Below are positions 47,890-55,062 of a DNA stretch of 55,062 nt, one piece after another. The translations under genes and the position numbers were made by a program. The stretch covers positions 1-55,062 of the forward strand of contig JAFUFH010000090.1 in NCBI GenBank assembly GCA_017470005.1, written 5' to 3'. Below the pieces are notes generated by a model that saw only the letters and a list, made by a program, of their open reading frames with translations, made no database searches and was not told where the DNA came from. How positions within the stretch are numbered: the stretch's first letter is position 1; every line of letters starts with the position of its first letter. The stretch is from Bacilli bacterium (GTDB lineage: Bacteria; Bacillota_I; Bacilli_A; RFN20; CAG-288).

Positions 47890-48429
47890 TCACTTCTCGT
47901 AGACGAGATTGTCCCTGACGCGGTTGAGCTTTGTGTCGATGGAATAGTCGTAGAGAGTATCCTGTACATAAATCTTCATGCCAGCGATGACTCGTTTGTC
48001 GATGAGAACCTTGAAGATGACTTTCTGAGAATACTTCTTTTCGAAGTTTTCTTCGATTCTCTTCAACGTCTCTTTCTTGAGGGGGAAGGGAGTATAGATT
48101 CTTCCTTCTAAGACACCTTGTTCTTGGTTGTAGCATTCTCGATAATGTTTGAGAATATCTGAGAAATGATAGATCGCTTTTTTCTTGATCATCACTTTGA
48201 TAAAAGCGATGACATCTTGATCTAGCCAAGAAGCGAAGTGTTGGTCCAAGGATGTTTCTTTTTCTTTTTTGGTCACCTTGGGAGAAGAGAGAATCTTTAG
48301 ATATTCTGGAGTCTTTTCAAACACAAGCGAAAGCTCTTCGAGATCCTTTAAATAGGTCTCGATCTTACCTTGCTCCTTGCCTAAGGAGAAGAGAGCGATG
48401 GCATAGTGTTTGAGCAGATTCTGATTCAT
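47890..48429 (-). CDS. atpH: ATP synthase delta
   Basis: YAIALF N-terminus, IAGMKI motif; position in operon. Confidence 0.93.
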   Translation of the reverse strand: MNQNLLKHYAIALFSLGKEQGKIETYLKDLEELSLVFEKTPEYLKILSSPKVTKKEKETSLDQHFASWLDQDVIAFIKVMIKKKAIYHFSDILKHYRECYNQEQGVLEGRIYTPFPLKKETLKRIEENFEKKYSQKVIFKVLIDKRVIAGMKIYVQDTLYDYSIDTKLNRVRDNLVYEK

Positions 48430-48434
48430 GAGAA

Positions 48435-49034
48435 TTAATCCTTGTCCTCAAGGTTCATCTTATCGATGAAATCATTGACCACTTTTTCATTGTCTTCTTC
48501 ATCAATCTCACGCCCGAGGATTTCCTTGGAAGCCATGATGGCGCTCTTGACGATGGTATCGTGAGCTTCACGCTCGATTTCCTTCTTTCTCTCTTGAGCA
48601 TCTCTCTCGCCTTGTTCACGGATGTTGTTAGCAACATCGTTAGCGTCAGCGATGATCTGTTCAGCAGAAAGCTTTGCTTCTTTATTGGCATCATCAACAA
48701 TCTGTTTGGCTTGGAGACGGCTGTCTTTGATATTTTGAGCAGCAATCTCTCTATCTTTTTGAGCTTCTTGATTGTTGAGTTTGCTCTCTTCGATGTTCTT
48801 CTCGACATAGTCTTGACGATCTTTGAGTTTTTGTTTGATGGGTTTATAGAAGAATTTGAAGAACACCAAAACCATGACTAGGAAAGCACCTAGTTGAGCC
48901 AAAGTGATATAGAGGTTAGGAACAACATTTCCCACCCCTTCTTCAATGGCGTTAGAAGCGGCTTGCATATCGCAGGAAGTAAGTGCAAGCGGAAGGACGA
49001 TGAACAATGAAAGAGAAGCAATCTTCTTTTTCAT
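48435..49034 (-). CDS. atpF: ATP synthase b subunit with lipoprotein signal peptide
   Basis: Lipobox LTSC (Cys21), then TM, YKPI..L..R and coiled coil. Confidence 0.93.
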   Translation of the reverse strand: MKKKIASLSLFIVLPLALTSCDMQAASNAIEEGVGNVVPNLYITLAQLGAFLVMVLVFFKFFYKPIKQKLKDRQDYVEKNIEESKLNNQEAQKDREIAAQNIKDSRLQAKQIVDDANKEAKLSAEQIIADANDVANNIREQGERDAQERKKEIEREAHDTIVKSAIMASKEILGREIDEEDNEKVVNDFIDKMNLEDKD

Positions 49035-49050
49035 GTTTTTCCTCTAAATA

Positions 49051-49353
49051 TTAGGCTTGGAAAGTTCCAGGGCCAGCGACGAAGATGAGAAGAATGGCTA
49101 AGACTAAGCCGTAGATAGCGACAGTCTCGCACAAAGAGACGCCTAAGATCATGGAAGAACGAAGGGTCTTGCTTGCTTCAGGATTTCTAGCCATACCTTT
49201 GATGGCGTTAGAGACAACTAAACCTTCGGCGATGGAAGAGAGACCCATGGCCAACATGATGATACCGATGCCAAGATATAAGAATCCGGCGGCAGTGAAG
49301 ACGTTGTCTGCGGCTCCTTCAGCTAAGAATTTGAATGAGTTAAGTAAGTTCAT
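49051..49353 (-). CDS. atpE: ATP synthase c subunit
   Basis: Hairpin with RNPE loop; ETVAIY. Confidence 0.95.
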   Translation of the reverse strand: MNLLNSFKFLAEGAADNVFTAAGFLYLGIGIIMLAMGLSSIAEGLVVSNAIKGMARNPEASKTLRSSMILGVSLCETVAIYGLVLAILLIFVAGPGTFQA

Positions 49354-49365
49354 TTTCAGCCTCCT

Positions 49366-50196
49366 TTATTGATTGGCTTCTTGCACCGATGCCTTTAATG
49401 TGATGGCTTTTGCGACTTCGTGTTGTGCTTCTTCTACGGGTGCTTCCTGCGCGATGTCCATCATAGTGATCATCACGAACACGAGAGTCTGTATAAAACC
49501 ACTGAATAAATCGAAGTAAGCGTGCATGAAGGGCATTATGACAGGGGATGCAATCAAACCAAAGCCTCCGGCGATCCCGTTTAAGGCGTTGTAGAGTAAC
49601 GTCATGATACAGAATCCTGCAAAGGCGTTACCGAATAAACGGATACCGAGAGATAACATAGGAACAAAGTTTGTCATCAAAGGTAAGAGAGGAGGGAAGG
49701 TAAAGACAAATTGTTTCCAATAAGCAAAACGTTGCGTACGAATCTTGGTCACTTCAATCAAGACGACCGTGAGGAAACCAAGAACAAGAGTGAAAGCAAG
49801 ATTGGTGAAGGGAGCAGGAAGAGGAGTCCACATGGTTTTCTCATTGAGAAGATAGCCATCCGCGGAAGGACCTAAGGCAAAGAAGATAGGGAAACCGATC
49901 ATTCCCACAAAGAATCCTAAGAAGATATAGAGAGCTAAAGGAATGATATAAGCGGCAAAATTAGAGAAATATTTTGGGCAACCCATCAATTCCGAAATCT
50001 TGCTGTCTCCAAATTCCACGATGTATTCAGCGATATTGACAATGCCTCTTGGTTTATCGAGAGGAGAGTACTTCTTTTGTTTGAAATAAACGACAAAAGA
50101 AAAGACGATGATGCCAAGCATCACGATCATAGAAGTGATGAATTGGGGTGAAATCATCTTGATGAAATCACTGTTCAACAATCTGCCAAAATCCAT
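49366..50196 (-). CDS. atpB: ATP synthase a subunit
   Basis: SLGIRLFGN and FIQTLVF motifs. Confidence 0.95.
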   Translation of the reverse strand: MDFGRLLNSDFIKMISPQFITSMIVMLGIIVFSFVVYFKQKKYSPLDKPRGIVNIAEYIVEFGDSKISELMGCPKYFSNFAAYIIPLALYIFLGFFVGMIGFPIFFALGPSADGYLLNEKTMWTPLPAPFTNLAFTLVLGFLTVVLIEVTKIRTQRFAYWKQFVFTFPPLLPLMTNFVPMLSLGIRLFGNAFAGFCIMTLLYNALNGIAGGFGLIASPVIMPFMHAYFDLFSGFIQTLVFVMITMMDIAQEAPVEEAQHEVAKAITLKASVQEANQ

Positions 50197-50200
50197 GGAA

Positions 50201-50587
50201 TCAGTTATCTTTCTTTAAAGCGAAATTAAAGATTACATTTATTATATATATAATGATTATTTCTATAAAGGGTATAAATATATAGTAAACGCTTACACCC
50301 TCTTTCACACTTTCCACTAGGCCCCAAAGCAGAGAAGGAAGGAGGGTAGCTAAGAGAATTAATAAGAATCTTAAGAAGATAGAAAGACCGATATAAAACC
50401 CTAAGTGATAATCTTTTTTCTTGAACATATCAAAGGTGAGATATAAAGGAATCAAGAACAAAGAAGGATAGGTGACAAAGAGAAGAACAAAATATTTTTG
50501 TAAAACAAGAAAGAGAATTGAAAAAGAGAGAACGAGAGCGTAGAGTACGATGAAGGTAATGGTAAGTATTCTTTTCTGGTTTTTCAT
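50201..50587 (-). CDS. AtpI-like 4-TM membrane protein
   Basis: First gene of the atp operon, hydrophobic, with an LRF motif; start moved to MKNQK. Confidence 0.65.
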   Translation of the reverse strand: MKNQKRILTITFIVLYALVLSFSILFLVLQKYFVLLFVTYPSLFLIPLYLTFDMFKKKDYHLGFYIGLSIFLRFLLILLATLLPSLLWGLVESVKEGVSVYYIFIPFIEIIIIYIINVIFNFALKKDN

Positions 50588-50757
50588 TTTTAATATATAA
50601 CATATTAACACGAAAGGAAAAATATATAAATTTAAATTTATATATTCTAAAGAGGAAACGATTTGGGCAAAAAAGAGAAGAGGAGAGATAAAAAACCAAA
50701 AAAATAAGAAAAAACAATTGACACGGGATAACCAAATCAATATAATTATCTAGCTTT

Positions 50758-50833
50758 GGGCATTTAGCTCAGCTGGGAGAGCATCCGCTTGACGTGCGGA
50801 AGGTCACAGGTTCGAGCCCTGTAGTGCCCACCA
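50758..50833 (+). tRNA. tRNA-Val(GAC)
   Basis: Canonical cloverleaf, loop TTGACGT, CCA end; upstream TTGACA-17 nt-TATAAT. Confidence 0.97.
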
Positions 50834-50883
50834 TTCAAAGCAAAGCTAAACCTCACGGCAATTGTGAGGTTTTTTTCTTTTCT

Positions 50884-50975
50884 GGAGCAGTACCCAAGCG
50901 GCTGAAGGGAATGGTCTTGAAAACCATCAGTAGGTGAATAGCCTAGCGAGAGTTCAAATCTCTCCTGCTCCGCCA
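50884..50975 (+). tRNA. tRNA-Ser(TGA)
   Basis: Loop CTTGAAA, long variable arm, GCCA end. Confidence 0.97.
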
Positions 50976-51184
50976 CGTAAGAAGAATAATTCTGATACGA
51001 TAAAAAGTGTCAGAATTTTTCATTTTTAAGCCATTTTTTAATAAAAATGCTGAACAAAGTCGCGCTATTGGCTTCATTTTTTATTTTCGTCTAAAAAGTT
51101 GGAACGAATGGAAACGTCAAAAAATGAAAGGTGCTAAATATAAAAAGCCACACAGTGAACTTGTTTGGTTTATAATTAGTTCAT

Positions 51185-52756
51185 ATGAAATATCTTGTAA
51201 AAGTACCTTTTGTTAGAATTTGGGCTAATCTTTTCATCTTTAAAGGAAAAGAAACAACTAAGCAGTATGGAAGCGATCTTGGCCTTTATACAATTTTTGC
51301 TATAGTTTTAATAGCTATATGGCAACTTAATTTTACTGAGTTAATGCCAACGATGGATGCTGCCGCTGTGTCAACCTTTGTGATTTGCTACATTGTAGTC
51401 ATTCCTTTGATTTCTATGACTTCAAGAAGGTTCTATACAGTAGGCTTACCATGGGGTTTGTCATTCTTGATTTTGGTTCCTCTTTTAGGGTATTTTTGGA
51501 CCGCAATTGTATCATTAAGTGCTAATTCCACAGAAGAATCACAGATAAAAACAACAAAAAATAGAGTTAAAGCACCAATAATTGCGGCTTCTATTGCATC
51601 TCTTCCAGCATCATTTGTTTCCACCATTGTTTTGTTAATTTTTTTGGTGATTCTTTCTTTATTTATTCCATATCATATTCATCGCCCAGCAGTTCTAAAT
51701 CAAACTAGTGATGTTTTCAAAGATGAAAATGGCATTGTCTATTTTGTTCAAAACGATTTTTTGTTTTATTACAATAACGATGACAATAAAACGCCACATC
51801 TTTTCAATCGTAAAGATGATAATGGCGATTGGTTGAATCCCCGTGGATTAGTTCGTGACAATAATTATTTTTATTATTTTTTGGATGATGGCAATAGTGG
51901 CGGGCAAACTAATTATTGGCTAAGAATTTATGATAAACAATTTGAACTCATAGAGACCATTATTTTTCCGGATGACATGTATATTTTTGGTAAGTGTACG
52001 GCTAATGGGCTTCTTTACTATGTTCTCAGTGAAAAAAATACTTTGACCGAAGATTCAAAAGATGTCATTCCAGGGAAGAGATCTTTGTATAGTTATGATG
52101 CTTCTACAAAAGAAACAAAATTAGTTTTTGAAGACATCAAAAAGAACACCTCGGTAGAAGATAACGGAGTCAGTCTTTTCTATAATAACTCTTACCATCT
52201 TCAAGTGATTTCTGAGAAAACTAGTTTGGATAATTGGTGGGACAAAGAAAAGAGAGTTTCCCATAGATACTTTGGAGATTTATTTGATTTTTATTTATAC
52301 AATGGCAATATTAATGCAACAATCCATGGAGAAGATTATTCTTTTGAAGTAGATAAAAGAATTGACACGCTTTGTTCGAATGCTTTTTTGATTGACAATA
52401 AAGTTGTCTTTGGAGCATACAATTACGTAGAAAATAAAAAATGTGGAAACTATTCTGGCTATTATTGTATCTGCAATCAAGGCGAGGCTTTTTTATTCAA
52501 ATTAGATTTAGACACTAAAGAATTAGAAAAAATGGGCGAATATGAAAAAGGCACCTTCCTAATTGATTATGATTTAGATGGCGCTAAATATTACTTCGAT
52601 GGTGGCCTTTATATTAACAATGAATTCTACAGGGAATGCGAAAAAATAGAGCCAGGTCCGATTGAAATAAAAAGAGGCGAAAGTTATTTCAGATCAGAAG
52701 AGAGAAAACTAGATTATGACGTGTCCTATTTAAACGGAGAATTCTACGGAATTTAG
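51185..52756 (+). CDS. Membrane protein: DUF805-like N-terminus plus large beta-rich domain
   Basis: FKGKETTKQY...SRRFYTVGLPW pattern; 4 TMs; aromatic-rich C-terminal domain. Confidence 0.65.
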   Translation: MKYLVKVPFVRIWANLFIFKGKETTKQYGSDLGLYTIFAIVLIAIWQLNFTELMPTMDAAAVSTFVICYIVVIPLISMTSRRFYTVGLPWGLSFLILVPLLGYFWTAIVSLSANSTEESQIKTTKNRVKAPIIAASIASLPASFVSTIVLLIFLVILSLFIPYHIHRPAVLNQTSDVFKDENGIVYFVQNDFLFYYNNDDNKTPHLFNRKDDNGDWLNPRGLVRDNNYFYYFLDDGNSGGQTNYWLRIYDKQFELIETIIFPDDMYIFGKCTANGLLYYVLSEKNTLTEDSKDVIPGKRSLYSYDASTKETKLVFEDIKKNTSVEDNGVSLFYNNSYHLQVISEKTSLDNWWDKEKRVSHRYFGDLFDFYLYNGNINATIHGEDYSFEVDKRIDTLCSNAFLIDNKVVFGAYNYVENKKCGNYSGYYCICNQGEAFLFKLDLDTKELEKMGEYEKGTFLIDYDLDGAKYYFDGGLYINNEFYRECEKIEPGPIEIKRGESYFRSEERKLDYDVSYLNGEFYGI

Positions 52757-53043
52757 GCTATTTTTGGGGTGTACGGGTTTTGTATCAAAATGGTGCTTTC
52801 AACCCAGTATAAATCGTATAGAGTGATACCTTGTGGTATCGCTCTTTTCCTTTATTTCATCTTAAATAACAGATACTGCCTGAGATAACATCAAGGTGCT
52901 TTTTTACCATCTTTATTTAGTTTCTTCGGTAGAGAAAAGCGGAATAACATTCATTTATATGTTTGTTTTTACTAGGACTTGTATTGACAATGTAATGATA
53001 ATAGTTTTATAAAGTAAATATCAAGATATAGAGAGGAATAAGT

Positions 53044-53331
53044 ATGGCTTTATTGCAAATAAGAGTTGATGAAGAATTGAAAAATCAAGCTAATGCAATT
53101 TTTAATGAACTAGGGATTGATTTATCTACGGCTGTAAGAATGTTTTTGAAAAAAAGCGTGTTAGAAGGAGGTATTCCTTTTGATACTAAAGTGGACCAAT
53201 TGACATTAAACGCCATTTTATCTGTAGATAAGATGAGGACCACATCTGAAAACAACGGGAATTCTGACATGAGTTTAGATGAAATAAATAAAGAAATTAA
53301 GTTAGCAAGAAGGGGAAGAAAAAACTCTTAG
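53044..53331 (+). CDS. RelB/DinJ family antitoxin (orphan)
   Basis: QIRVDEELK...LGIDLSTAVRMFLK...GGIPF signature. Confidence 0.9.
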   Translation: MALLQIRVDEELKNQANAIFNELGIDLSTAVRMFLKKSVLEGGIPFDTKVDQLTLNAILSVDKMRTTSENNGNSDMSLDEINKEIKLARRGRKNS

Positions 53332-53359
53332 CTAAAAAAGCTAAGAGTAAATAAGACAG

Positions 53360-54808
53360 TTAAGCTTGTAAGGTGTAAAGACCTAAATCAGCAGAAGGAT
53401 CGCTGCTATAACCTTTCCAAGTGGCGTGACTTTGATCGGATAAGACAAGGTAGACGTCCTGTTCTCCTAAAAGAACTGCTTTGCCATTATTGATACTCAC
53501 TTTCCATTTGATGGAGCCGTTATCGGTAGGAGTGTTTCCGATTCCGATAGAATAATGGTCCGTGTGATAATGGAAGAGATATCCTTTTTCGGTAGAGAAG
53601 GTGTAATAATCACCTTCTTTTTTCACGTTGAATAAGCAAAGATTGTTGTGGGTGTTTATCTCGTTATTTTTGGGATTCTCTACAGCGGTAGAAGAGAGAT
53701 ACCAAGGTAAGTTTTGACTGATAGCAGTGTCTTTTAAAGCAGCATAGGAAGTACTGACATCTTGATAATTAGAGACAATAGCAACTTTTGAACCATCTAC
53801 TAGTTTGTCGACAGAAGAAATACGGTTATAAACATTGCCTTCTGTTTCAGAAGAACCGCCGCCTTGATAAGAGGAAGTACGGATATCGTTAGAATCCCAG
53901 ATGTAATTGGCTAATTGTGGATGGTCGATGAAAGGATTTCTACCAAAGCCTTCTTTGTAAAGATATTCGTTTCTCTTCTTTTCTTGATCCGTGACAGGAT
54001 AGGTGTTGTTCCAAGAGATGAGAAGGTCAAGTCTACCCATAGTTTTTTGACTTGTTGAATCGTTAGGATTATTGCTTAAGGAAAGGCCGTGAGATTTTTG
54101 ATAACGAGCGCAGGTGTAGAAGATGATTCTCGCACATTCTCCACGAGCAGGCTCATAACCTAAAGAAGCAGGATCGAAGGTTTTTGCCCCAGCTAGACCA
54201 TAGAAATTGTTGCCTCTATCGGAGTTTTCGTTAGAGAGGGCAGGACGTAACATATGAGGATCTGCGCCAGGTCCACTCTTTCCCACGCCTCTAGAATTCG
54301 GCCAAACATGTTCTTTATTGATAGAACCGCTACCGACTGTCGAAGCGACAGCATCATTAGGTCCATGATAGAAAGGAATGACTTTTTCTCCCTTATTATC
54401 GATGGAGTCACTGTATGTTAAGACATTGTTATTTTGAGAATAACCGATGGTTTTGTGTCCGGTTGCATTGATTAAGGGAACAAGAGCATCCAACATATTT
54501 TGACCATAAAGGTTTAAATCTAGAGTGTTCCAATAGGAAAGAAGTTCGATGTCTTCTTGCTCAACCTGACTATCTGTTGCAGAATTGCTTTCACTATCTT
54601 TTTCAGAATTTGCAGTAGTAGAATCTTCTTTTGTTGTTTCTTCAACTGAGGTGTTTTCACTAGTTGTAGTATCAACTGTGCTATTCTCTGTTGTCGCAGT
54701 TGTACTTTCTGAGGTGTTTTCACTTTGAGGAGTAGAAAGACCTGTTCCTTGGCAGGAAACAAGTAAGAATAAAGAGAAGAGAGCGGATGTAAAATAATGC
54801 TTTTTCAT
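53360..54808 (-). CDS. Endonuclease I family lipoprotein nuclease
   Basis: Lipobox LVSC; S/T/E linker; NKEHVWPNS, DPHMLRP, NSDRGN and RNPFIDHP motifs. Confidence 0.9.
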   Translation of the reverse strand: MKKHYFTSALFSLFLLVSCQGTGLSTPQSENTSESTTATTENSTVDTTTSENTSVEETTKEDSTTANSEKDSESNSATDSQVEQEDIELLSYWNTLDLNLYGQNMLDALVPLINATGHKTIGYSQNNNVLTYSDSIDNKGEKVIPFYHGPNDAVASTVGSGSINKEHVWPNSRGVGKSGPGADPHMLRPALSNENSDRGNNFYGLAGAKTFDPASLGYEPARGECARIIFYTCARYQKSHGLSLSNNPNDSTSQKTMGRLDLLISWNNTYPVTDQEKKRNEYLYKEGFGRNPFIDHPQLANYIWDSNDIRTSSYQGGGSSETEGNVYNRISSVDKLVDGSKVAIVSNYQDVSTSYAALKDTAISQNLPWYLSSTAVENPKNNEINTHNNLCLFNVKKEGDYYTFSTEKGYLFHYHTDHYSIGIGNTPTDNGSIKWKVSINNGKAVLLGEQDVYLVLSDQSHATWKGYSSDPSADLGLYTLQA

Positions 54809-55062
54809 ATGAACTACCTTCGTGCTTAAAAATATTATCTCACTTAAAGAAATCAAATTCACTATTTATTGATAGTCATTACTCATAAATATTAAAATTC
54901 CCTGTTTTTGCTGCTGTTTTCCATCGAAAAAAGACAGAACTCAGATTGTCCTGTCTTTTTCTGTTGTGAAAGGTTCTGTCATCGACAGTTTCCTATTTTT
55001 TGCTTTCCTTCGTGCCTCTCATGTTCTTCCTTACGAGCATAGTAAACGTGTTTCCGAACAGA

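Noticed and set aside
50430-50740. Long hydrophobic ORF extensions upstream of the atpI-like gene
   Set aside because: AT-rich divergent promoter region; start reassigned to 50587
50764-50976. 70-aa minus-strand ORF
   Set aside because: Antisense to tRNA-Val and tRNA-Ser

Overview
This is a 55-kb chromosomal segment of a low-GC, lipoprotein-rich Firmicute using genetic code 11; an uncultured Bacilli/Erysipelotrichales-Mollicutes-related lineage is inferred. It begins with a decayed TnpB (IS200/IS605-type) right end and tmRNA. The 4.98-20.04 kb region is a surface glycoside-processing locus: two double-anchored GH3s, a GH78 rhamnosidase lipoprotein, two uncharacterised lipoproteins, a TIM-barrel isomerase/lyase and a LytTR/GHKL two-component system. 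All four of its leftward transcription units carry the same 10-bp direct-repeat pair (21-bp period) exactly 31 nt from a TAnnnT -10 box, which defines a readable LytTR regulon. Next come a diguanylate cyclase under a c-di-GMP-I riboswitch, glnS, and an unannotated 45-aa ORF with a structured leader. Housekeeping genes follow: rqcH, coaD, rsmD, def, rnj, maf, nadK, spx, truA, ECF, dCMP deaminase and an atp operon with a lipoprotein b subunit and a Na+-type c-subunit motif. There are three tRNAs, and the window ends with a small island carrying an orphan RelB plus an endonuclease I lipoprotein. All calls come from reading motifs by eye; no database searches were run.
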